From Actinomycetes bacterium (lineage in GTDB: Bacteria > Actinomycetota > Acidimicrobiia > IMCC26256 > PALSA-610): a DNA stretch of 64,000 bases. Position numbers and translations under genes: made by a program. The notes beneath the pieces were generated by a model. The model did no database searches, was not told the DNA's origin, and was given only the letters and a program-made list of their open reading frames with translations. Shown here one piece after another: positions 44,918 to 53,899 of the stretch (positions are counted from its first letter, which is position 1; every line of letters begins with the position of its first letter). The stretch is taken from assembly GCA_025463875.1 (NCBI GenBank), contig JAODBI010000225.1, positions 1,222 to 65,221 on the forward strand. Direction: 5' to 3'.

Positions 44918-45095
44918 GTTTCGATGGACTGCGCCGACCCCGCTCGAGCTCGGGGAATTCTGGGCCGCGATGCTCGGCCGCGAGATCGCATTCTCGAGCG
45001 CCACGACCGTCGGCGCCGACCGATGGCGAGTCCTCCTCGACCCCGCGGGTCATCCGTTCTGTCTCACGACCCAGATTCCGCCCGATGCTCGGTAG
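44918..45095 (+). pseudogene. Remnant of a VOC/glyoxalase-family gene (frameshifted and internally shortened)
   Basis: One frame reads VSMDCADP. One nt out of frame it continues LELGEFWAAMLGREIAFSS...WRVLLDPAGHPFCLTTQ. Together these resemble the N- and C-terminal strands of a VOC protein (..DCxDPxxLAxFWxxxLG.. / ..DPxGxxFCL) with the middle missing. Confidence 0.4.
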
Positions 45096-45252
45096 CAAGG
45101 AACGAGGCATTGGACCTGCGCCTGTCTATGTGCCCGGCGTTCGCGGCCGAGTTCGCGTGCTTACCGAACGTCGCCGAGGGCCGGATTTCGGCGACTATGC
45201 GTCGAGGAAGCTGCGGCCGCCGATCCGTCAGTGACCGTTCGAAGGCGTCACG

Positions 45253-45639
45253 TCACGCGACGCCGGCGACACCGATCAGGTTGCCTTCCGGATCGGTGAA
45301 GTGACCGATGACGAGGTCGGTACCCGGATTCTTGTCGGGGCCCAGCACGCGCTTGCCGCCGAGTCGTTCCGCCGCCCGGAGCGCGGCTTCGACGTCCGGA
45401 ACACCGACGTAGAAGAGCACGTGACTCGTGTAGTCGTCTCCTCCGCCCACACCGCCGCGGATACCCGTGCCGTCGTCGGTCGTGTACCGGTCGACGAACC
45501 CGTAGTTTCCCGCTTCCGAAACGGCAGCCGACACCGGCCCGCTCGTGTCGAACTCCCAGTCGAACAATCCGCCGTAGAAGGAGCGGAGCTTCTCCGGTTC
45601 ATTGCCGATGACCTCGAAGTGCACGACCGGTTGTCCCAC
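45253..45639 (-). CDS. VOC (glyoxalase/bleomycin-resistance) family protein
   Basis: GTG 45639 is preceded by GAGAGGAG. VVHFEVIGNEPEKLRSFYGGLFDWEF ... HVLFYVGVPDVEAALRAAERLGG ... FTDPEGNLIGV. Confidence 0.85.
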   Translation of the reverse strand: MGQPVVHFEVIGNEPEKLRSFYGGLFDWEFDTSGPVSAAVSEAGNYGFVDRYTTDDGTGIRGGVGGGDDYTSHVLFYVGVPDVEAALRAAERLGGKRVLGPDKNPGTDLVIGHFTDPEGNLIGVAGVA

Positions 45640-45761
45640 GCTTGCTCCTCTCGATGCAGCACATCTTGTCTGCGAGTAGCCACTGCAGTACACGACCGAT
45701 CGAAGCGCCCAAACTCACCGGTCGGCTGAACGCAATCTGGATGCAATGCAAATACGTCCGG

Positions 45762-47354
45762 CTACGGAGTCGTGCGTTGCCAGACGATCACGTGCGCGTT
45801 CTCGAATCTGTTGTCGTCGGCCGTCGTGAACCCGAGCCGGCGCAAGGCGGTGTCGAAGGTGAACCGGCCGCGACGCCGGAGGCCGGAGATGGCTTCGACG
45901 TAGAGGAGGACCCGATTCGCGTGCCCGACCGCGCGTGCGATGTCGGTCTCGTGGCCGGCGTCGGAGAGGGTCGTGAGCACCAACTTGTTTCCGAGGCTGC
46001 CGGCGAACGCGATGTAGTGGTAGCGAGGGTCGCGGATCTCGGGCTTGAACGCGACCTTGGCGTGGTGGGGCACGAGGACGATGTGAAGATGGGACGCGAC
46101 GGCATACGGATACACGCCGCCGTCGTTCTCGATGAACACGGCGTCGTTGCCCGAGAGCTGCCGTTCGACGAACCGGGTCGCCGACCTCGATCCGCTCAGC
46201 GGATACTTGGGTCCGCCGTTGGAGGCTCCCACCACCAAGAGCGCGGAGACGACGATCGCGACCGCGTCGAAGCCGATCCGTGCGAGGTGCCGGCCCGAGA
46301 CCGCAGTCCGCGCCTGTTGCAACGCGCTTGCGATTCCAATTGCAAAGATCGGGACGAGCCACACCGACAGCCGCATTCCGGCCGCGGTCGGACCCAACGG
46401 CAAGACGCTTGCCACGCTGGCGGCGACGACCACAAGTATCAGCAGCAGCAGATACTGCGCCCGCAGCGCACGCGCCGAACCGCGTCGGACCACCGCGTCG
46501 ACAGCCAGGGCGACGAGCGCAACGACCAGGATCAGCGTGGCCCACCACGCCGGACCGCCGGAGAAGACCGCCGCAGCGCGGCGCAAGTGGGTGACGATGC
46601 TCGAGACGAACCGGAGCGGTTGCAGATCGAAGCCGACGATTCCGTCATAGTTGCGCTTCCACCAGAGCTCGAGTGCTCTCGCGTTGTACGTCCGGCTCAC
46701 GGCCAACGACAACGCAACCGACAGCACCGCCTGCCCGCCGACCGCAGCCACGCGCATCGCCCGGTCTCCGGCCGGTCGCAACACGAGGATGATCCCCGCG
46801 ACTACCGCGGCCACGAGCGCAAACGGACTGAAGAAACCGACCGCGAACGATCCCACGATCCAGAGCACGACCGCGCGCCATTCGAAATGCACGCGAACGA
46901 TGCGCGGCAACAACGCCGCGATCCCCAACACGATGAGCGCGTCGATCACGTACGACTTCACTCGCCCGGAGTACGCGATGTTCATGCTCTCGGAGGCGAT
47001 GGCCGCACCCATGAGTAGGCAGATCGACCGCGCGTAAGCGAAGCGTCGGAGCACGACGTACACCACGGCCGGAGTCAGGGCACCCGCCGCGAAGGCGAGA
47101 TCTGCCATCTTTTCCGGCGCGCCGACCACGCGATGCCACACCATCAACGCGCCGGTGAAGCCCGGCGCGGAGAAACCGACGGTGACGAAGTTGCCGAGCG
47201 ACCCCTTTGCGGATCCGAGCGCCTGCCACGCATCGTCTCCGAACAAGCCATCGTGCGGGAGGACGTTGCGACGCGCGACTACCGCGGCTACCGACAAGCC
47301 CACGACCGCGAGCACGTCGAGCCACCCGACCCTCGCCCGCGATTGCACGCGCAC
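45762..47354 (-). CDS. Large polytopic membrane protein, possibly a GT-C-type glycosyltransferase
   Basis: ORF open to 47621, but that part overlaps the XDH gene. Likely GTG start at 47354 or 47348 (VRVQSRARVGWLDVLAVVGL..). An acidic first loop (HDGLFGDDAW), 10 or more TM helices and a ~150-aa C-terminal soluble domain. Function is inferred from architecture only. Confidence 0.6.
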   Translation of the reverse strand: MRVQSRARVGWLDVLAVVGLSVAAVVARRNVLPHDGLFGDDAWQALGSAKGSLGNFVTVGFSAPGFTGALMVWHRVVGAPEKMADLAFAAGALTPAVVYVVLRRFAYARSICLLMGAAIASESMNIAYSGRVKSYVIDALIVLGIAALLPRIVRVHFEWRAVVLWIVGSFAVGFFSPFALVAAVVAGIILVLRPAGDRAMRVAAVGGQAVLSVALSLAVSRTYNARALELWWKRNYDGIVGFDLQPLRFVSSIVTHLRRAAAVFSGGPAWWATLILVVALVALAVDAVVRRGSARALRAQYLLLLILVVVAASVASVLPLGPTAAGMRLSVWLVPIFAIGIASALQQARTAVSGRHLARIGFDAVAIVVSALLVVGASNGGPKYPLSGSRSATRFVERQLSGNDAVFIENDGGVYPYAVASHLHIVLVPHHAKVAFKPEIRDPRYHYIAFAGSLGNKLVLTTLSDAGHETDIARAVGHANRVLLYVEAISGLRRRGRFTFDTALRRLGFTTADDNRFENAHVIVWQRTTP

Positions 47355-47421
47355 ATGTAACCAACATCGGCCTCGGGGACTCGAATCCGGCGCACTGTGC
47401 GCGGATCCCGGATCGCTGCCG

Positions 47422-49527
47422 TCAGCCGATGAGCTTCTCGAGGCGGATCGGCAGATCACGTACCCGCACGCCGGTGGCGTTGTAGGTCGCGTTGGCGATT
47501 GCGGCGGCGGTCCCGACGATCCCGATCTCGCCGACTCCCTTGGCCCCCATAGGGTTGACGAAGTCGTCGCGCTCGTCGATCCAGTGTGCTTCCACCATCG
47601 GGACGTCGGCACAAGTCGCAATTTCGTATTGCGCGAGATCGTGGTTCAGGTAGTCGCCGTACTCACGATCGAGCAGGCTCGCTTCGAGCAACGCCATGGA
47701 GATGCCCATCGTCATTCCGCCGATGAGTTGTGAGCGCGCGGTCATCGGATTGACGATGCGGCCGGCGGCGAAAACACCGAGCAGACGCGCGACCCGAATC
47801 TCTCCCGTGTCCTCGTCGACTCGGACCTCGGCAAACTGCGCACCGAAGGCATGCGCAGGTCGTTGCGCGCGGCGTTCGATCTCGTCCTTGGTGTCGACCT
47901 CGACGGCGAGACCGGCGACCGGTACCGACCCGTTTGCTGCGGCGAGTCGCGCCCGCAGCCCCTCGCACGCGCGCGTCACTGCCCAACCCCACGACGACGT
48001 GCCCATCGACCCGCCCGCCAGCGGCGCCTCGGAGAAGTTGGTGTCGCCGAGGCCGAGCCGAACCCGTCGTGGTTCCGCGCCCAGCGCATCGGCGGCGATC
48101 TGAGTGAGCGCGGTACGCGCGCCGGTACCGATGTCGGCCGCGCAGAGCTCGACGTCGAAACTGCCGTCGGGCCGCGCCCACGCCGTGGCCTTCGAAGCCC
48201 GGGCACGGGCGGGATACGTCGACGCGGCGACACCCGTTCCGACGAGCCAACGACCGTCGCGCCGCGCGCGCGGCTCGGCGTGGCGCTGCGACCAGCCGAA
48301 CAAGCGGGCTCCCTCTCGTAGACACGCCTCGAGGTTGCGGCTCGTGAAGGGCGCGCCCGTCTCGGGATCCGTGGGCGGATCGTTCCGTAGCCGTAGCTCG
48401 ATCGGATCGAGTCTCGTGGCGATCGCGAGCTCGTCGACGGCCGACTCGAGCGCGAACATGCCCGGGCATTCGCCCGGTGCGCGCATCCACCCCGGAGTGG
48501 GCACGTCGAGACGCCGCAACCGGTGGGTCGTGCGCCGGCTGGCGCCCGCGTACATCATGCGCGTCGCGACCGCGGTCTGTTCGGCGAACTCCTCGATCGT
48601 CGAGGTCTGCTCGATCACGTCGTGCGCGATCGCAGTGATTCGTCCGCCGGCATCGGCGCCGAGTTGCACGCGCTGGATGGTCGGAGTTCGGTACCCGACG
48701 AACGCGAACATCTGCTCACGCGTCACTGCGATCTTCACCGGGCGGTCGACAACGCGTGCCGCCATGGCGGCGAGCACCACGACGGGTCGGGGCAGGCCCT
48801 TCGCGCCAAAGCCGCCCCCGACGTGTTCCGAGACGACGCGCACCGATCCCGTCGGTAGGCCGAACAGCTCGGCGAGCCGGGCGCGCACGGGCGACGCACC
48901 CTGATTCGAGTCGAACACGGTGAGGTCGTCGCCCTCCCAGACGGCGATCGACGCGTGGGGCTCCATCGGGTTGTTGTGATAAGCGGGCGTGCGATAGGTG
49001 TGGTCGACGACATGCGCCGCCGAGCGCAACGCACCATCGACGTCACCGGCCTCCGTGTCGGTCGGGAAGCCGGGATTCACCTTGTCGGGCCGGTAGAGAT
49101 CCGGATCGTCCGACTTCAACTCGACGGCGAACGGTTCGACGTCGTATTCGATCTCGAGCGCTCCCGCCGCCTCGGTGGCGATCTCGAACGACTCGGCCAC
49201 CACCGCGGCGACGATCTGGCGGCGGTATGCGACTCGGTCGGATTGGAGCACCGCGAGCTCCGACCCGTCCGAGATCGCGAGCCGCGGCGCGTTCGCGTGC
49301 GAGAGCACTTCCAAGACGCCGGGGATCTGTCGAATCGCGTCGGCCGAGGTCGACCGCACGCGACCGTGTGCGATCGTCGAGCCCACCGCGCAGCAATAGG
49401 CGACCGCGTCGAGGGGATACTCGTAGGCGTACGTCGCGGAGCCGCGGACCTTGTCGGGACCCTCGATCCGCGTCATCGCGGCGCCGATCGCAGGCGTCGT
49501 GCGCGTCGTCGTGGTCGTCCTTGTCAC
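47422..49527 (-). CDS. Xanthine dehydrogenase / aldehyde oxidase family, molybdopterin-binding large subunit
   Basis: The GTG at 49527 overlaps the FAD-subunit stop. IEGPDKVRGSATYAYEY.., GGGFGAKG, and the C-terminal NPMGAKGVGEIGIVG are hallmarks of CoxL/XdhB/PaoC-like subunits. Confidence 0.93.
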   Translation of the reverse strand: MTRTTTTTRTTPAIGAAMTRIEGPDKVRGSATYAYEYPLDAVAYCCAVGSTIAHGRVRSTSADAIRQIPGVLEVLSHANAPRLAISDGSELAVLQSDRVAYRRQIVAAVVAESFEIATEAAGALEIEYDVEPFAVELKSDDPDLYRPDKVNPGFPTDTEAGDVDGALRSAAHVVDHTYRTPAYHNNPMEPHASIAVWEGDDLTVFDSNQGASPVRARLAELFGLPTGSVRVVSEHVGGGFGAKGLPRPVVVLAAMAARVVDRPVKIAVTREQMFAFVGYRTPTIQRVQLGADAGGRITAIAHDVIEQTSTIEEFAEQTAVATRMMYAGASRRTTHRLRRLDVPTPGWMRAPGECPGMFALESAVDELAIATRLDPIELRLRNDPPTDPETGAPFTSRNLEACLREGARLFGWSQRHAEPRARRDGRWLVGTGVAASTYPARARASKATAWARPDGSFDVELCAADIGTGARTALTQIAADALGAEPRRVRLGLGDTNFSEAPLAGGSMGTSSWGWAVTRACEGLRARLAAANGSVPVAGLAVEVDTKDEIERRAQRPAHAFGAQFAEVRVDEDTGEIRVARLLGVFAAGRIVNPMTARSQLIGGMTMGISMALLEASLLDREYGDYLNHDLAQYEIATCADVPMVEAHWIDERDDFVNPMGAKGVGEIGIVGTAAAIANATYNATGVRVRDLPIRLEKLIG

Positions 49528-50528
49528 GACGGCGCCACCCCGACCTCGCCCCGGCCGACCAGTTCGGTGAGCACGCGCACGACCATGCGCCGGGCCAGCG
49601 TGACCTTGAACGCGTTCTCGGGCCGGGGCTGCGCGGCCTGCAACTCGGCATCGATGGCGGCGTGGAAATGGTCGGGGTCCGCGGGAGCGCCCATCAGATG
49701 CGCTTCCGCGATACGCGCCCGCCACGGAAGTGGAGCAACGCCGCCGAGCGCCAACGCCACGTGGGCAACGCGTCCGTCGGCGACGCGCAGCACACCCGCC
49801 ACCGACGCGAGTGCGAAGCCGAACGAGGCCCGGTCTCTCACCTTCATGTACGACGAACGGGCACCGTCCACAGGAGCGGGAACATCGATCGCGACGATCA
49901 GCGCGCCGTACGGCAGGTTCGTCTCGATGTCGGGTCGATCCCCGGGCAGACGGTAGAAGTCGGCGAGCGGGATCGTCTGCGCGCCCTTCTCCGTCTCGAC
50001 CAACACCGACGCGTCCAGCGCGCGCAGTGCCACCGCCATGTCCGACGGATGCGTCGCGATGCAGTGCTCGGAGCCTCCGAGGATCGCGAGCTCTCGGTTC
50101 GCACCGGTCTGAGCAGGACAACCACTCCCGGGCTTCCGCTTGTTGCAGGCCTTCGTGACGTCCTGAAAATAAGCGCAGCGCGTGCGTTGCAGCAGATTGC
50201 CGCCGACCGTCGCCATGTTCCGCAATTGTCCCGACGCGCCGGCAAGCACCGCGGCGGAGAGCACCGGGAAACGCGCCCGCACGCGGCGATCGCTCGCGAC
50301 GTCGGTGTTCCGTACCGACGCGCCGATGCGCAGGCTGCCGTCGACTCGCGACTCGATCTCGTCGAGGCCGAGCCGGGTCGTGTCGACGAGGATCTCCGGA
50401 GTCTCGACGCCGATCTTCATCAGGTCGATCAGGTTCGTACCGCCGCCGAGCAACTTGACCTCGGGATTTGCCGCGAGGTCAACGGCTCGCGCGCGATCCA
50501 GCGGACGGAGGTACTCGAAGCGCCTCAC
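49524..50528 (-). CDS. XDH-family FAD-binding subunit (CoxM/PaoB-like)
   Basis: The GTG at 50528 overlaps the small-subunit stop. FEYLRPLDRARAVDL.., LLGGGTNLIDLMK, ATVGGNLLQRTRC. Confidence 0.9.
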   Translation of the reverse strand: MRRFEYLRPLDRARAVDLAANPEVKLLGGGTNLIDLMKIGVETPEILVDTTRLGLDEIESRVDGSLRIGASVRNTDVASDRRVRARFPVLSAAVLAGASGQLRNMATVGGNLLQRTRCAYFQDVTKACNKRKPGSGCPAQTGANRELAILGGSEHCIATHPSDMAVALRALDASVLVETEKGAQTIPLADFYRLPGDRPDIETNLPYGALIVAIDVPAPVDGARSSYMKVRDRASFGFALASVAGVLRVADGRVAHVALALGGVAPLPWRARIAEAHLMGAPADPDHFHAAIDAELQAAQPRPENAFKVTLARRMVVRVLTELVGRGEVGVAPS

Positions 50529-51031
50529 GCCGAACGCCCGGCTTCGTACACGGCGGCGACGATGTTGACGTAGGCGGCGCACCGGCACAGGTTCCCGCTC
50601 ATCCGTTCGCGGATCTCTTCCGGCTCCAAGGTGGGCGCCGATCCCTCCCCGGTGACAACGCTCGGCGATCCCGCCGCCAATTCGGCGAGCGCGCCGACAG
50701 CGGAGCACAGCTGACCCGGCGTGCAGTAGCCGCACTGGTACGCGTCATGGTCGAGGAACGACTGCTGCAACGGATGCAGATCCGAGTCGCCGGCCAGACC
50801 TTCCACACTCACGATCTCCGAACCGTCGGCGCTCACCGCGAGCACGAGGCAGCTGTTCACCCGGCGTCCGTCGCGCAGCACGGTGCAAGCTCCGCACTGC
50901 CCACGGTCACAACCCTTCTTCGCTCCGGTCAGGCCGAAGTGTTCGCGCAGAAGGTCGAGCACCGTCACGCGCGAGTCGATGTCGACCGCCCGCGGTTCCC
51001 CGTTCACCGTCAGGCTGATCCTCGTCACCAA
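50525..51031 (-). CDS. (2Fe-2S)-binding small subunit of XDH-family enzyme
   Basis: 168 aa. GCDRGQCGACTV (plant-type 2Fe-2S) and QCGYCTPGQ...NLCRCAAY (second cluster). Confidence 0.94.
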   Translation of the reverse strand: MVTRISLTVNGEPRAVDIDSRVTVLDLLREHFGLTGAKKGCDRGQCGACTVLRDGRRVNSCLVLAVSADGSEIVSVEGLAGDSDLHPLQQSFLDHDAYQCGYCTPGQLCSAVGALAELAAGSPSVVTGEGSAPTLEPEEIRERMSGNLCRCAAYVNIVAAVYEAGRSA

Positions 51032-51540
51032 CGGCCTCGGTGCACGACGTCATCGAACGGACGCCGCTTCGGATGCCGGATTGCCCGCAGCGGCCGGTCG
51101 GCGGGATACCCGAACACGATCATCCAGGGACACACGCGGTCGGCCGGGAAGCCGAGAATCTCGCGCGCCCGATCTTGATCCCCGACCCGCGAGTGCGCGC
51201 TGCCGATCCCGAGGTCGACCGCGGCGAGCATCATGCACATGGTCGTCTGACCGAGGTCGTAGTGGGTCGACGCGAGGGAATCGTCTTCGGCAGGTTGCGG
51301 CGCCACGAGCGCGACCGTCGCCGCCGACGACGCCACGTGCTTCGCGCCCTGCCACACCGTCGAGAGATCCCGGAGCTCCGAACGGTCGGTGACGACCACG
51401 AAGTCCCAACGCTGGTCGTTCGACGACGACGGCGACCGCCGCCCCGCTTCCAGGATCTGATCCAGGTCGTCGGGCTTGATCGGGTCGTCGGTGTACTGCC
51501 GCACGTCGCGGCGAGTCGAAATTGCCTCGAAGACGTTCAT
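51025..51540 (-). CDS. Nitroreductase family protein
   Basis: ATG 51540 (MNVFEAISTRRDVRQYTDDPI...ILEAGRRSPSSSNDQRW). It overlaps the 2Fe-2S gene by 7 nt, so it is the first gene of the operon. Confidence 0.88.
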   Translation of the reverse strand: MNVFEAISTRRDVRQYTDDPIKPDDLDQILEAGRRSPSSSNDQRWDFVVVTDRSELRDLSTVWQGAKHVASSAATVALVAPQPAEDDSLASTHYDLGQTTMCMMLAAVDLGIGSAHSRVGDQDRAREILGFPADRVCPWMIVFGYPADRPLRAIRHPKRRPFDDVVHRGRW

Positions 51541-51787
51541 GGCGCAATGGCCTCCCCGGTCGGGCCCGATGAGCGTGCGGAGTGTGCTGTCGCTCCCGCC
51601 GTAGCTACCCGCGCGACTGTCGGACGACACGAGTTTGTTCCACGCGAACGCGGGATGTGTGCCTGCGGAACCGGTTCTACCGTCGATGCAGGAAGGCGGG
51701 ATGTGAGTCGGCGGTCGGAGTTCGGTGGTTGGAGTATCGAGACCGATTCCGGTTCGGTGGTCTTTCTTCGCTCAGTAAGGAGGGATC

Positions 51788-51958
51788 ATGGCTGTGATCG
51801 AGTGCCCGCACTGCGGCGAGCACGTGCAGGTCTACACACCGGAAATCGTCCGGGCCGGTCACAACGTGTCGAGCGGTGAACCGCGCTGGTGGGTCATGCG
51901 CGAGGGTGCCGACGAGATTCACCGTTGTTGCGAGCGGGCGTCTGCGGTCTCGCGATGA
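51788..51958 (+). CDS. Small Cys-rich (zinc-ribbon-like) hypothetical protein, 56 aa
   Basis: Not in the ORF track. A strong SD (TAAGGAGGGA) lies 4 nt before the ATG. MAVIECPHCGEHVQVYTPEIVRAGHNVSSGEPRWWVMREGADEIHRCCERASAVSR has CPHC...HRCC as candidate metal ligands. The stop overlaps the next ATG (ATGA). Confidence 0.5.
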   Translation: MAVIECPHCGEHVQVYTPEIVRAGHNVSSGEPRWWVMREGADEIHRCCERASAVSR

Positions 51959-52140
51959 CGTCGACGCGCTACGCACCGTCACCGCGCACGCTCGAAGCAG
52001 CCCGCCTCGTGGCCGCGCAACTCGGCTGCGACGAGGAAGAAGCCCTACGCCGACTCCGAGCGCGCGCGGAGTCGCTGCAGTACCGCGTCCACACCTACGC
52101 GCTCATGGTGATCGACGGCATGGTCCGGTTCGATCTGTAA
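51955..52140 (+). CDS. Small ANTAR-like protein, 61 aa
   Basis: The internal ATG of ORF 51889..52140 is coupled to the upstream ORF. LEAARLVAAQLGCDEEEALRRLRARAESLQYRVHTYALMVIDG aligns by eye with the ANTAR consensus (IEQAKGILM...s.deAF.lLRr.Sq..n.KLrdVA..iv). Confidence 0.5.
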   Translation: MTSTRYAPSPRTLEAARLVAAQLGCDEEEALRRLRARAESLQYRVHTYALMVIDGMVRFDL

Positions 52141-52179
52141 CGCACGCTCCGGGGCTGCCGCCTTGTCGGATCCGGCTGG

Positions 52180-53730
52180 TCAGGCCGCCTGCAGCTCGCT
52201 CGACTCTTCTGCTTCGACGGCCACGACCGGTCGGAGCACGAACGAGATGAGCACCGCGGTGAGCAACGCGACCCCGACCGCAACGAGCATGGTGATGTCG
52301 AACGCGTGAACATAGGCCGCCCGGGCGGAGTGCGCGAGTGCAGCACCGGCGGGCCCGGGCAACGTGGCCGCCGCCTCCAAGCCGGCGCCCAGCGACGTCG
52401 TCGCGGCGTGGGCTGAGACGGGAAGGTCGGCGCGGTACAGCGACGCGATCAGACTGCCCAGGACCGCGACGCCGAGTGCACCGCCGAGCTCGCGAGTGGT
52501 GTCGTTGACGGCGGAACCGACGCCCGCCTTGTTCAACGGCAAAGACACGATGATCGCGCCGGTCGAGGGCGCGGTGACCATGCCCATGCCCGCCGCGCCC
52601 ACCACGAGTGAGAGGACCAGCAGTGGATAGTTCGCGTGCAGACCACTGAGCGCCAGGAGCGCAAGGCCCGCGGCCACGACTGCGAGACCGAGCGACACCA
52701 CCGCGCGCTGGCCGAACCGTTCCACGACCCGGGCGGACCGACGGGCCGAGATCATGTACACGACGGCCCACGGCAGCATGCGCGCACCCGCCTCGAGCGG
52801 GCTGTACCCGAGCACGAGTTGCAGGTACTGCGTCAACGTGAAGATCATCCCGAACATCACGAAGAACACGAACGTGATCGATCCCGCGGCGGCCGCGAAC
52901 TGCGGGTTGCGGAAGAAGCGCAGATCCAGCATCGGCTCGGGCACGCGCAGTTCCCACATCGAGAACGCGGCCAGGATCACGATCGCGATCGAGAAGGCTC
53001 CGACCGTCGACGCCGACAGCCATCCCCGGCTCGGCGCTTCGATGATGGCGTAGACCAGCGCACCCAACCCGGCGATCGAGAGCACCGCGCCCACGAGGTC
53101 GAGCGCAGGCTCGTGGTCCTCGTTGGCCGATGGGATCAGGAACGCGCCCGCGATCAACGCCACGACGACCACGCCGACATTGGTGAGGAAGATCGAGCCC
53201 CACCAGAAGTGCTCGAGGAGCCATCCGCTGATGACGCCGCCGAGTGCGGCTCCCACTCCTGCGAATCCGGCCCAGATCGCGATGGCCTGCTTCCGTTCCT
53301 GTGGGGGGAACACGTGCGCCAGCACCGACAGCGTCGCCGGCATCACGAACGCCGCCCCGACTCCCATGACCGCACGGGCGGCGATCAGCTGGGTCGCGGA
53401 GCCGGCAAAGGCCGCCAGGCCCGACGCGACGCCGAAGATCAGCAGGCCGCCGTTGAGCGCGAGCCGACGTCCGTAACGGTCGCCGAGCGAACCGGCGGTG
53501 AGGAGCAGCCCGGCGAAGACCAGGCTGTACGCGTCGACGATCCACTGGAGCGAGCTCGAGCCGGCGTGCAGGTCGTTCACGAGCGTCGGCAAGGCAACGT
53601 TCAGTGACGCATTCGCGACCACGATCATGACCAGGCTGAGACACAACACGCCGAGCGTCCACCAACGCCGTTCGTACTCTCGCGACTTCAGGTCCTCGGT
53701 AATCACTCGCACTCCAAACGTCTCACTCAT
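52180..53730 (-). CDS. MFS transporter, DHA2 (EmrB/QacA, 14-TMS) family
   Basis: ATG 53730 (MSETFGV...RRWWTLGVLCLSL). The motif LGDRYGRR after TM2, 14 predicted helices and ~516 aa. Confidence 0.92.
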   Translation of the reverse strand: MSETFGVRVITEDLKSREYERRWWTLGVLCLSLVMIVVANASLNVALPTLVNDLHAGSSSLQWIVDAYSLVFAGLLLTAGSLGDRYGRRLALNGGLLIFGVASGLAAFAGSATQLIAARAVMGVGAAFVMPATLSVLAHVFPPQERKQAIAIWAGFAGVGAALGGVISGWLLEHFWWGSIFLTNVGVVVVALIAGAFLIPSANEDHEPALDLVGAVLSIAGLGALVYAIIEAPSRGWLSASTVGAFSIAIVILAAFSMWELRVPEPMLDLRFFRNPQFAAAAGSITFVFFVMFGMIFTLTQYLQLVLGYSPLEAGARMLPWAVVYMISARRSARVVERFGQRAVVSLGLAVVAAGLALLALSGLHANYPLLVLSLVVGAAGMGMVTAPSTGAIIVSLPLNKAGVGSAVNDTTRELGGALGVAVLGSLIASLYRADLPVSAHAATTSLGAGLEAAATLPGPAGAALAHSARAAYVHAFDITMLVAVGVALLTAVLISFVLRPVVAVEAEESSELQAA

Positions 53731-53899
53731 CGAGCTATTCCGCCGCCTTCGCACCGTGCGTCCCAGGGCGATCCCGAGCAACTTGTCGGCGCCGGCCGCG
53801 TGCCAGCATGCGGGAGCTGGTAATCCAGGACAAGAGAGGCCGTTATTCTGGTATCGGTACTACCTTGCTACTTGGCTGGCGAGCCTTCACACTGTCCGG

